Source: Podarcis gaigeae (Eukaryota). From it: a DNA stretch of 64,000 bases. A program made the translations under genes and the position numbers. The notes under the pieces were generated by a model. That model did no database searches. It had not been told where the DNA came from and saw only the letters and a list, made by a program, of their open reading frames with translations. Below, one piece after another: positions 50,965 through 63,406 of this stretch (position 1 is its first letter; each line of letters opens with the position of its first letter). The stretch lies in assembly GCA_964106915.2 (NCBI GenBank), contig OZ066922.1. One strand, written 5' to 3'.

Positions 50965-52263
50965 GTAAGTACCACCAGTTCATTTATAATCCATTTTAAG
51001 AGCTGGGAAATGTTTCAAAGGAGCTGTGTATTGCTGCCCAAGGAATCAAGAGCCCATAGTGTACTCCCACATCCATTTTGAGTTTCTTTCTATTGTGACC
51101 ACATTCTAATATGTGATGAATTGTGGCTATTGAGCACTGCCATGGTCTTTGGATGCGTTTTAGAAATGTGGAAGAAGTAACACTTGCTATAATTTTCTGT
51201 CATAGAAATGGTCTGCCTTAATATGTGGGTAACGCCGCAGTAGCATAGAGTCGATTAAGACATTTGTTCCTATTTAGAAATGATGCACTCCTTGAAGAAC
51301 AAGCATACTTGTGGGCAGGGGTTTACAGGGGGGGCAGGGGCGGCGCACCCCAGGTGCCAACCTGGGAGGGGTGCCTCCCCCCCAGCTGTAGCACAGCCTT
51401 TGTACTTGCAGTGACACATGCAAAAAAAGTGGCAACTTTAAAGCACGCAGTTGTAGTATTTTACAAAATGAAGGTTGATGGTGTGACCTAGCAGCAACAA
51501 ATGGCCTGATACAGGGACCTGCTCATAGTCTCAGCAGTGGCAGCTGTCGTGCCACCAGTTACCCACCCTCTCTCCATGCACACACATGCACACAATATTT
51601 TGAGCAAGGGTGCGTAGCTAAGCTGTGCTGCCGTGGTGCTCTGAAAGTAGTGTTACTAGCATCTGCACTGTTGGATAGCATCCTTGGTTTGTTCTGCCAC
51701 AGAGTCAGCTATCAATTTCAGTATAGATGGGCTGCCAGAACAAAGCCCCTCATTGTAAGAAGAATCCAAACACACAAACGGAAGCATATTTCTCCTCTGT
51801 GTGTGCAGAGGCATGTGTAGAAGGATTCTCTTGTGGCCCCTGCAGTACCTGATGTGGCAAAGTGTCAAGTTCTAAATTCTGTTGTGCTTCAGTTAGTCTT
51901 CCATCTCTAAGCAGTAAATAGCAGAGCCGACTAAGATATGGTTTTCTGGATATAAAATCTTAAAAGGGCATCCACTCTCCATGGGCATTATAGAGCTTAC
52001 GATACTATGGTTTTCTCCATGGTTAACAGCAAGAGTGTCAGTTTTTTCATGGTGATTTTTTGTAGGATGGTTTTAGTTGAATAGCAGCATGTTAAAATAT
52101 TTGTTGTTGGTAAAATATTGTTCTGTCATAAAACACAAAAACTATATTTCTTGCACAATCAGTATGTTTTGTCCTGTCCATATAATCCGTATGTTTTGGT
52201 CAGGAATAAAAAATGTCAGATAAATTGGATCAAAAAGGCCCGTGTAAGCATTTTTTTAATTGT

Positions 52264-52313
52264 CTGAGGAGAGAGAGGGTCCTATTCACTGAGGAGAGAG
52301 AGGGTGCTATTCA
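52264..52313. repeat. 25-bp tandem duplication
   Basis: ctgaggagagagagggtcctattca / ctgaggagagagagggtgctattca (24/25). Confidence 0.9.
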
Positions 52314-52410
52314 CTAAATTTTACTTAGAATAGACCTACTGAAATTAATGGGCCTAACTTAGTCATCTTCATTACTTTCAATGGGTCTACTCTGAGTAAA
52401 CCTCAGGTAA
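52314..52410. mobile_element. Small palindromic MITE-like repeat (related copy at ~37705-37790)
   Basis: Inverted arms tttacttagaatagacctactgaaa...tttcaatgggtctactctgagtaaa. Confidence 0.55.
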
Positions 52411-52938
52411 ATACTATTTGTTGTCTTTTGTGTTCTTCCATATATTTGATGATAAATAACATGCCTTGGGATTACCCTTTTAAAGATTAAAATTAGCTCA
52501 GAAAATAAAAGTATTCTGCTGAGGACTGCCTGTAACTTAGTTGGTTAAAAAAAAGTTCCCGTTTTACTAAATAGAGATCAGAATGTGGGGAAACCATTAA
52601 TGCAACCCAAAAGTGGAAGATGGTGGCAAGGAAGGGCAAGCAGCCATGTGAGACGGTCTGGTGAAGCTACAAAATTTCTAGTCCTTATTCATCCTGGAAG
52701 AAATAGACTCATAGAAAGCGTGCACATCCCACACACCCTTCGCTTCAGAAGTTATCCTCAATGTAGGAAGGGTCAGGAAGAACTTGAGATTGGGCTAGAC
52801 ATGTTGTCCTGTAGCTCCATGGCTCCTTTGTATCTGTGTTGACTCTGCAAGCGGCTAACACATGAAGACTTCTGTATTAACACTTTTAAATTCATAAATA
52901 CTTTATGTATAATTAATAAGAAATACTGCAGTCATTTG

Positions 52939-52962
52939 CACACACACACACACACACACACA
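52939..52962. repeat. (CA)n microsatellite
   Basis: About 12 CA units. Confidence 0.9.
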
Positions 52963-53504
52963 AATATGCATGTATATGTTCTTCCTACTATTCCTTTCAA
53001 TATCCTCATCTTTTAATTGTCATAACTTTTCTTGGCTTTTAATTTCTTAGCTTCTTTGTATTTAATATGAAGCAATTTCTTTTGTCAAAAAAAAAAAATT
53101 TATCAAATTCCTCCAATTAATAAAAGTTCACCCACTCAAAGAAACCAACTTGACCTGTTACGTGAGTCTCATACTGAAAACCAACAAGCCACCAGCCTTC
53201 TTGATCATTTATTCAGAGTATGAGAGCCATTTCGAAGCACTTCATTACTTTTTCCTACTATGATATAAATTCTTTGCACAGGGGGAATAGGATAATTTTG
53301 TAAGGTATTATGACAGTGTTTAGTTCTGCAGGTACATATCTGACTTTTGTACTTGTAGCAGAATAGCAGGCATATATTTTCTCATTCTTAATAGTAAAAT
53401 ATATGCATTTTTTATATGAAGAGATGGGTGTATATCTAAAATGTGCATTTGTGTGGGTCTTTTCATGTTGCACTTAACATTTATCAAACTAATTTGTCTT
53501 TCAG

Positions 53505-53556
53505 TATTTTCAGTTCAGCTGGGATTCATGCTGTTAACTTTCTTCTTCTCTACAAG
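53505..53556 (+). CDS. SLC10A7: SLC10A7 coding exon (exon 9 equivalent), 52 bp, (I)FSVQLGFMLLTFFFST(R)
   Basis: Acceptor ttgtctttcag|TA and donor AG|gtatgt. Phase 1-2 fits both neighbouring exons. Visible inside ORF 53441..53734. Confidence 0.95.
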
Positions 53557-55530
53557 GTATGTTACAGCAGTAAAGGTTATCTCTATGGCAAAAAAGAAAA
53601 GTTGGGTGCAAAACAGGGGAGTATTGTCCTTTCTGTCAGAAACTCAAAAGTTTGTACCAGGTGTGTGGAAAGTCTTATGCACCCGAGAAATCAAAGGATG
53701 GACAGATAATCTACTCCAGTTACTGTTTGTCTGAACATTTATACCCCACCTTGCTATTATACAATCTGACTCAATAGAAAATAGAAAACAAGCATTATAA
53801 TACATTCCCAGTATCTCTTAGAACAAGCCCTTTGCAGCTGTTGGGAAAATAACTGTAAATATCAGCAGAGGGTCTCTGGCTGGCTGCAGCTCCAATTAAC
53901 TGCACGGTGAGTGGAGGAGGCAGCTGTAGTGAAGAAAATGCCTAACTGGGGAGTAGTTAATTAAACAATTCAGGAGGAGGGGGTAAATTGGTGTGTTGGG
54001 CTTTCCTGGACACTTGCAGTTTGGAATAATTACTACTCTAATACGTATTCACACACTCTCTTTTTACTTAATAGCCACTAATTGAATAAGGTCCAAGAGC
54101 TACGTCTCTGCAGTCACAGAGGGAATCCCTTCTGTCCCTGTGCTTTGCTTGTTAACATAGGCCTGATCTAGCCCTATTAGCATAGTGCTCTGCGATGCAA
54201 CCTGGCTTTTATTACCAAGATTTCTGTGATGCAATTAATTTTTAAAGTGCCTGGGAAAATCTCCTGCACAATCAGCGTGGTTGATTGGCCTCCAGGAGGC
54301 AGTTATTAGGCACCTTTAATTTATCTTCTGTATACAGACCATATTTTTTCATAATGATCCCCAGTGGATGGTGGACAAATTTAATGTAAAACAGAGCCTA
54401 CTTCCTGGTTTTACACTCATCTGTGATGTGCTAATTTTATCAGAGCCAAAAAGGTGCTGAATTCAGCACCTTCCTCAATCGCCTAACACGCCCCTAAAGT
54501 AGTAAGTAATCTATGCCTTTCTTAGAGCTGGGGTGGTTTATTTCCTTCCCATTGGGATGCAAATCGTAAGTTGTTTTTGTTTCTGTTTAAAAGGGGAAAA
54601 GATACAGCTTTCCACATACATATAGTTGGCCATTATGAGAAGAGGATGCTGAAGTAGATGGGCAAGATCTGGGTCGGGGTTTGGACAGGTGGTTCAGGCA
54701 CTTGCGGTTTTCCCTCCTTCTACACACACGCTCCTAGAAATGCAGACTGAATTTTATTTAAAATACTTTGATATTTAAATTAATAATGATTTTCCTGTTG
54801 CATATGAGCAGCCATTCCTTACCCTAAGCCATGTGCCTAGGTTCAGACCTCACAACAAGCTGCTGTTACTCCAGAATGGAAAGAAAAGCCTTCCAATTCC
54901 TTGTGATATTACTGGAAGTGGAGTGGGTAGCATAAACCCAAGTGCCACTGCATCTTGTCCTTGTAACACTAAACCGTGATTTAACGCTGTGTGCAAACAC
55001 ACAGATAATGTTTCAGTAAGGCCGCAAGGAAAGTATGCCAGTATTTTAGGCTTCACCCTAATAGACTATTTAAAACTGTGTTTTAAGAGTACTGGTGCCC
55101 AGTTTTTGGAAAGGTGAAAATTAGCTGTAATGTGGTGCTTTACATTTGTGGAAAAGTACTCTGGGCTGGGATAAACATATGTCCCATGAGAACCAATTGG
55201 AATCCTTTCATAGGTGCCAACTCCCTGGGTGCCCGAGCACCCACAAAAGTCCCCATGAAGTGGCCAGGCACCCACAGATTTTGTTCGTTGAGCCAGGTTG
55301 ACACTCCTGAACCTGCTCATTTTCCAGATAAGAATATATGCAGACAAGAATTTGCAACAACAGAGAAACTATTCCATTTAATGCAAAAATCAAAAGCTGC
55401 TGAGCGTATGTAGCTAGAACTATATTTTATGAAACCTAATGCAAAGAGATTAAAAACACACTTATAGGGTATGGAAAGTGAGCAGACGTTTGGTAGAAGA
55501 GACTTTTAAAGTGCCTTACATTTTTTCTAG

Positions 55531-55604
55531 GAAGAATTCTGGTTTCACACCAGCAGATACAGTGGCTATTATCTTCTGCTCTACACACAAATCTCTGACT
55601 TTGG
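55531..55604 (+). CDS. SLC10A7: SLC10A7 coding exon (exon 10 equivalent), 74 bp, (R)[24 protein letters not shown](G)
   Basis: Acceptor ttttttctag|G and donor TTG G|gtaagt. Phase 2-1. Contains the characteristic [11 protein letters not shown] motif. Confidence 0.96.
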
Positions 55605-57863
55605 GTAAGTCTTTACTAGAGGTTGAGTTCAACTTTTCAGTCTAATCACACTGCTCCTTATACTTCACATTGTTATGAAAGTGGTTTTCTGATATTCTGT
55701 TATCAGTTCAGCAATATGACAAGATGTAGTATAAAAGCCTAGCATTAATATTAGTACATTCATGAGAACACTTTTGGAATGGGCAAGTAAATGTTTCCTA
55801 AGAGGAAGACAACATAGTCTTCTCCTCTGGGAATTTAGTAATTGTATTGCAGTGCCATTAATCTGTTCCTTCTTTAGATAAAGTGATGTGATTTTTTTTC
55901 TTTGTTTTTGATGTTCTCTTTCTCTAATCTAATATTGATAAAGTTTGTGGTTCATTTCAGATTATGTTCTGAGTTATTACAACACAGTCAAACAGCAAAA
56001 TTATTATAGCTCAAAACTGTAATGCACAAAGCATTTACAATATAAAGAAACATAAATAAAGACAGCAGTGTTTTATCAAATATCAGTGTATTTATCCTAA
56101 GCAGTCTCTGGACTATGTGTTTATTCATTACAATTCAGTATTCAAAGATCATTGACTTACTAGTCACTCAAAATTCCCTTGCAATAACATTTGTTATGGT
56201 AGATATGTAGAATAAATTTGATTAAAATATAGTTGTACTTTGAGTGGGAAGACACTGCTGAACATTGCATTTCTTTCCTGTGATTTATGGTGATTAGCGA
56301 AGATCAAAATAAGAATTTTTAATATAAAGTTTACAGATATTTGTCATAATCTGCTTCACAAGGTCTTCAACCCTCTGTGGCAGATTTGGGGGGCACATGT
56401 CTGCTTGCATTGCTTTGCTGGTGTTTGTGTTCCTTCTGGTGCCCCTCATTCCATCAATGCTTCTATTTCCTGAAGGAAGCCTTCTTTCTTCAAGTAGCTT
56501 GCTTGACTCTGCTCATTAACCACATTGGTGCCATCTTGGTGATCCCTTTACTGATGTGTAGCATATATTCTAGCAGAGCTTCTATTATTGTGCTTTGGAA
56601 TAACTCTACCACTATCAGTTGCAGACCAATGTTGCAATATCCAAAACAAGAAAGGTACAATGAGCGCTCAAACCTATTGAGTGTTTTCTTCAAAGTAAGT
56701 CCCAGTAGGGCTTTCTTCAAAATGCATGTGCAATCTAACCCATTGCAGCTAAAAATGATGGTGATGTAAAATAGAGAAATATGCCATATAAGCTGGGGCC
56801 TAATATATCTTTGGGCTGGGTAACTAAAAACATTTTTGGAAATGAACTTTTTAAAATTGCCATTGGAAGCGCCCTTGGAGATTCCATATGCAAAAACATG
56901 GCACTTAGAAGTACACCACTGTCTATCAGCCCTTTTCAATTGGAAAGAACACCTCATTATACGGTAATTAATATTTGGCATTTTCTCCAAATATAACCAC
57001 AAGTCAGTGTTCCGGGAAGCTGACGAAAAGTTTACCGAGCAATTTAAATAGAGAGTGGTAACCCTAGGGAAAATATTTGCAAATGCACCCAATTTATTCT
57101 TATGTTGGCGTCAATGAGGGCTTCAGTTTCTTTCAGACCTACATGTCAAGATCACTCAATGTGGACCTTTTTGGGATGGTGTATTTGTTCCATAAGACTC
57201 ATCTGTTGGCTACATGTGCTGATATAGGAAAGATCCTCAAATATCTATCCACCTTTCTGGCCTTGCTGGCACACAACTCCAATGTATTGCATTAATTAAA
57301 TCAGTTGGTTTTGAAATGGAACCATTGCTAGCCACTTTGCAATCTCTCTCACTGTTGTTTCCTAACCCACAGTAAGTCCTATGTTAAATTCACAGCAAAC
57401 TCCTCGGTGTTAAGACATCCAGTGGTAGACGTGGAAAGTGGCATTCTAAAAAACCACTTCTGCTTTCTGTGAATCATATGGATGCATCACTTGAAGAAGA
57501 AAAAAGAAGTGGTGGATAATATGGGTGGCCATTATCATGATCATCATCATATACTCTGTTCTTGGACACTGCGTGTATAGGGAGCCCTATATCAAGTAGA
57601 AAAAGAGAAATTGATTGTGTTTTAGTATCTACATTAGGTAGTTGTTAGGGCCTAAATAATTTCCAAATGAACTTATAAAGAAGGAAGGGTAGAGAACTAT
57701 CAGCAAGACAAAGGGGTCTGTATCGAAAAGCTATGAAAAGGGGTGAACATTTATAACAAGCACCAGATTTTCTATTCAAGAGAGACCACGGAGGAACACT
57801 TGTGAGTTTCCACTTTCCAAAGCAAAAGCAATTAGTATGCTTTGTAGCAATAATGATAAAGCA

Positions 57864-58110
57864 GTTGTTGTTGTTGGCATCCGTCTTGTCTTGAGAGATG
57901 AGTGCACCTCCAGGAGTGAAGTCAAACTGCGTTAGCAGCTCTAAAGTGACACCCCCAGGGCGCAAGCCTGGCCATCATGTAAGGAGGTCCTGGGCTGCCC
58001 AGACGACAAGGACACCAACCCCTTTTCGGCCTCACTGATGTGATCCAAAGGAAAGGAAAGCAATACATTTGGCACCAGTTCAGATGCAGGAGTTGCCAGA
58101 AGGAGGGCAG
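57864..58110 (-). mobile_element. Short non-autonomous RTE-tailed retroelement
   Basis: The left end gttgttgttgttggcatccgtcttgtcttgagag...gagtgcacct...gtgaagtcaa is the reverse complement of the 3' end of the RTE LINE at 63345-63406. The remainder is non-coding. Right boundary approximate. Confidence 0.65.
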
Positions 58111-61100
58111 ATGCAAAGAACAAGCCTTTTCAGTGGTGATGCCAGTATGTCTGAATGGCCTTCCTGGGAAGACCCAACAGCCTCATTTCTTCCCCTTTTG
58201 AGACAGGGTCTGAAAAGGTGTTGTTGTTGTTGTTGGATGGACTTTTAATAATGTTGAAGTATCCTTTAAGTTATTTTGGTTTTAATTTTGAATCCCGCCC
58301 CCTCTGTTGCAGATTTTTAAACTTGTGCCCAGGATCCCTGTATGCTGTCTTGGGTGCAGATACTATAGAAAATATATAAGTTTTATTTTTAAGAGATCTT
58401 GTCCATGAACAGCAAAAGTCTTGCACCAGCTAAGTGATTTGAGTTTTTACCTCACTGGAAGTATCAGCTGATCAAGTGGTTATGCTAGCTAAAACCTCTA
58501 TTGCAGAGTAAGAGACAGAAGAGGTGAATGTCTGCCATTGTCTTTAGACGCCATTATGGGCAGAGAGCTCCTGAATAAGCATGCAGTTACTGACATAAGA
58601 TGGATTGCACCAGCAGCTTCTCTACAAATTTCCTTGTTTAATTACATTTTTAAAAGAGAAGTGAAAATAGAAGAAAGTAATAGGAGAAAGAATGAGGAAA
58701 GAGAAGAGAAGAAGAAAGATGGATTCTGGTGGCTAAGAAATAAAAGTGGGTCCCTTGGTTGCCAGCTGGGGTTTATTGTTGATCTGAAAAAGGTAGATTG
58801 CTGTGTTACAAATTTCCTAAGTACTGTACTCTGATCTAAAATTCTCTATATTTAATTTTTTGTCATAGAATTTACCAGAGGTCCTAGTCAGGAAGCTTTG
58901 GGATAATTGTGAAAGCATGTTTAATCTGCCAGCTTTTTAGAGCAGATTTGTTTGTGGTGTGTTTTCTGAGGTTTCAGTGGACGCAATGGGACAAGATGCT
59001 GTAGTTCGGGGGGGGGGGAGTATAAATGGAATCTCTGGATTGAGGCCCCTGACAACATGGGAGTGATGCTTTGTCTAAAGTCACATTGTTCTGGGATAGT
59101 AATTAAGTTAATCTACTATCATCTGTTCCAAAGGCCAGATCTTTCTACCCAGGAAACCAACAAGACTTTTGCTGCCGACTTCATAACGAATGACAACTTG
59201 TCTGTTGTGGTGTTCCACTGTAATTTACCTGAACAGATTTAGGAGAGAAGCAAGATTCTGTTTTTAACACTTGTGTTTGAATATTTAAGGGCACCAGTGA
59301 ACTTCAGGGCCTTCTTTTAAGTCCGCTGTGAGGATGTTTTTATCTGCCTTCAAAACTCCAGCACCACTAAGCAAACAAGAGCACTTAGGGGCCTCCTGCA
59401 ACAAAAGCCATTTCACTTGGAGCTTAAACTGATTTTTCACATTCTGGCATGTGAAGCCTCCACAGGGTGCCTTGCGTCCATTCCCTGGGGAGTGCAGCAT
59501 AGCACCAGCAGAGGAGGAGGAAAGATGACAGCTTTGAAGCCTTAGAAGTGGTAATAAGAGAAGCATGAGAAGACTCTTGTAAGGCATTTCTCCCACACCG
59601 TATTATGAAACCAACTAATTCCCACATGCGGCATGCTCAGGAGGCCATCTGCCACTTCCTCTGCTTGGATCCATGAAGAAGCTCTCACTCAACACTGAGA
59701 CAAGCACAGTTCCCTCCCATATGTTGGGTTTCCTTCTGTAGACAGAACAGTTGATGTACCTGCATTTCCTCAAGGCACAGGGTGCATAGGTTGAATTTGT
59801 ATGGATCAAAACACACGCACACATGAAAAAACATACAGTCCTCTTACATTGCTCCTTGGTATATTTCATCTAATAACATCAGCTTTGATAGAAACTGAAC
59901 TCCGCTCATTCTTTTTAACAAGAATGCATAATTTCTGCCGTGACATCACTTTTATTTGTATTTTGTTTAACTAGATAATTAGGGATATAAAATCTCACTA
60001 GTGAAGATAAATGTGCCACCTGAGAATTCCCTCAGGCATATTTGCTCTCATTTTGTTTTTTCTCTCCCTGCTTCTTTGGAACATGCATGCCTAGTACATG
60101 CAAGCACATGAAACACAAGACATTTGATGCATGGCTTTTATTAGTGTATTTGCCATTGATTGATTAGTGCTTAGTATTAGTACTTCTTCTATTGATTGAT
60201 TGCAGATGAAGTGACTATTTGACCTTTAATTATAAGCTTGGCTATTGAAAATGACATTGAGCTATGGCTTCACATAATCCATCTGGAAACCCTGACATGA
60301 TGTCATTCCCTGGGGTTAATTCTGCGGGAGAAGGGAGGCCTAGAGGAAGTACCACAACTATCAGGATGGTTCATCTAGAACAATACTGCAGGCTTTGTTG
60401 CCTGCAGTTGATGTGCAGCCCCAGCGCTTTGGAGAAGTTAATTTGCTTTTACTATAGAGATGAAAGTGCCTGCTACAAGTTGCCAGTTCACAATGAGTAC
60501 AGCAGATTACCCAGAAATTCAGAGGATGGAAACCCATTTTAAAGCTACCATTCATTATAGTGTTCAGACCTGCAGTGTATAAATACTAGAAATAATGGCA
60601 TGGTTACATGGTTATTCGTGTATTTAGCTTTTTAAAAATAATTGAAATAGGTGAGACTTGCAAGTGTTTAACTAATGCTGGATTGTACCCAAACATTTTA
60701 GTTTTAATACCAGGAATAATCATGGTTCTCATGTTGAATATATATGATCAGCAAAATATCAATAAGTATCATGTTATGAGCTTTGCCTGAGCTTTCTGAT
60801 TTGGCTAATAGAACAGCCTAATGTGTCTGAAGAATTGCGAAGAGGTTTTTCTCCTAGCATGGATTGAAGGAACTTCCTTATATGAATAGACAATAAGATT
60901 ATATTACTTCGCACAGATTAAATGGAGTTGGTTGTTGTAGTCTGTGAAACACTTGCAATTTTATCTTTATTAAATCATGGCCTAATTTGAGGATAGGCAT
61001 GGTGAATAACCCATTCTTTTACAGAAACCTAGAATGGGTATCAAAGAGGTCTCCCTACCTCTCCAAGTGTGAAATCACTGTTGTTCCAACTTGTCAACTT

Positions 61101-62514
61101 TCTCAGCACCGTGTTGTTCTGTGCTTATGCTAACACTAGTCAGGGTCACACATCTTTTTATTGCTGTCCTCACTTTACTTGCTCCTTGCCTAGTGCAAAG
61201 AGGGAAGAAAAGTTAGCTCGTCATTCCGGTTAGATGCATTCCAGCTAGATGCTGGCTGGTCTGTGTGCACAATCAATCCAAGCTTGTTGCTCTGGGCAGT
61301 AGTTTTAGGGGTATCACTGAAGCAATGGGTGATTAGATTGGGATGCCCCCCCCAGATCCCTTGCAGTCTTCCAAAGGATAACTGGGGTGCAGCTTTACTC
61401 CAGGAGTAAAGCTTGTCTTCGCAAACTAGTATTTCTTAGCTTGCTGGATTAATCACTGTTATAGGTGCTACAACAGTATACAGCTATAAGCAGCAAATTA
61501 AGTGAGGGAAAATTTAAGAGTAAATAGTAAAGAGAAATGGTTATATGGGAGACTGACTTTATGTGAGTAAACTGTGTGATATTGGACACATTAATTAATT
61601 GCCTCCCCCCACCTATGAACATATGGGATGATACCTCCTAATTGGCGGAATCTGTTATTTATTTGACCTGGAATGTAGGCTCTCTGGATTAAACCTTTGA
61701 CGTGGGCAGGAACGCCATCACCAGAGTGCCTCCCTGATGTTCTCAATTCATCTCTGCAGTCTGCTTGTAGTAGATTTTGAATTAATATTTAGAAAGCTTG
61801 CCTGCAGCAATACTAAAATGTGCATCAGAGAACAACAGTTGTTTACTGTGTTTGAACTGAAGAATCTCACCCAGGAGATCACATTCACTTGAAGTTTACA
61901 TCTCTCAATCTCAACTTGCAAAAGGGGGATCAATGAATAACAATTGTCATTTCAGAATTGCACCTCTCCAATTATTTATTTGGTTGTGTGTCTTCCCAGA
62001 TATACATTTAATTGGATCAGACACTAAAAACCAGATTGCAGCTTTTCAATGACAGCAGCAAGTTCATGCCTCTTCTTTAAAATCTCATATCCAGATGTAA
62101 AACGATAATGACACAGGAGACCATATTACTGTCTCTCTCACCCAAAGTGCAGTTAAAGTTAATTTATCTACTTTAAAAAATGGCATTATACCTAGCAGAT
62201 TATTGACAGGTCACCCACGAGGAAATCCCAGTTTGCTCATGATTCAACATTCCTTTATCCCAAACTGGTGTGGGCTACAGATGTCTCCTACACACAGGCT
62301 TTAAAATGTTGAAGATGTTTGAAAGCATCATTTCTGTGTAGTGCAGGCGGATCAGGTGGGAAGCCATCCCACTGCACTGCAGGTGGACCTAAACACGCAC
62401 ACACACGCTTCTTTTCAACGGACACCACTTTCCTTTTTCACCAATTCTGAGTGTTGTTTCTGTTCAAGTACTTGGAACCCAAGTTCATTAAAGAGCACCT
62501 TCACCAGTACTTGG

Positions 62515-63406
62515 TAGTGTACTCTGAGGAAACTCTACAGAGTCTCATCAACCATTTTGGCCAAGCCTGCAGGGAGTTCAGCCTTACCATAAGCCTGATG
62601 AAAACCAACATCCAGTGTCTGGATGTTGCCAGCACTCTTCCCATCAGCATTGGTGACCACATCCTTGAGGTGGTAGACAATTTTGTCTGCCTGGGTTCTA
62701 CCATAACCAGCAACTTCTCCATTAACACTGAGCTGGGCAAACATACCGGCAAGGCAGACAAGGCTTGTGTGTTGAGTACACCACTTTAAGGAAGTGAATC
62801 ATGGGCAACTTAAAACCGCCAGGAGCAATGCCTTTCACATGTGCTGTATCAGGAAGATTTGGGGTATGGCATGGCAGGACAGAGACTCAAAGAAAGATAT
62901 GCTCTTCCAAGCCCACATTCCCACATTTTTGTACACCTGTCTCAGTGGCATCTACACTGGCTTGGACATGTCCACAGAACGCAAGATGGAAGGATCCCCA
63001 AGGATGTGCTCTACAAGGAAGTGGCTTCAGGCACCAGTCCCATTTGCAGACCAACTCTGTGTTACAAAGATGTCTGCAAACAAGACATGAAGGCTGCAAC
63101 ATCAACCCTGCCATGTGGGAATCCTTTGCAGACAATTGCAGTGCCTGGAGACAAACAGTCAAGTTGTGTATCCACAGCAATGACCAGAGGAGGAATGACT
63201 GCTGGGAGGAGTGCAGAGAGAAGAAACGCCATGGTGCATCTGCAGCAGCACAACCAGATGCCTTCATCTGGCCCAGCTGCAACAAAACGTGTCTCCGATA
63301 TCAGTCTCTACAACCACAGCAGGCACTGTAATTCTCTCAACAGATTGACTTCACTTCCAAAGGCGCACTCCTCCATTGTCTCCCAAGACAGATGGATGCC
63401 AACAAC
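62515..63406 (+). mobile_element. 5'-truncated, decayed RTE-clade LINE
   Basis: Frameshifted ORF pieces SEETLQSLINHFGQACREFSLTISLMKT, VVDNFVCLGSTI and HWLGHVHRTQDGRIPKDVLY...RPTLCYKDVCKQDMK, typical of the RTE RT C-terminal region. (CAA)n tail. Confidence 0.88.

Noticed and set aside
50745-50999. 84-aa ORF as a standalone gene
   Set aside because: It is SLC10A7 exon 8 plus intronic read-through.
52905-52917. ATGTATAATTAAT, close to a POU4-type binding consensus
   Set aside because: A single AT-rich motif in AT-rich DNA next to a microsatellite; not distinguishable from chance.
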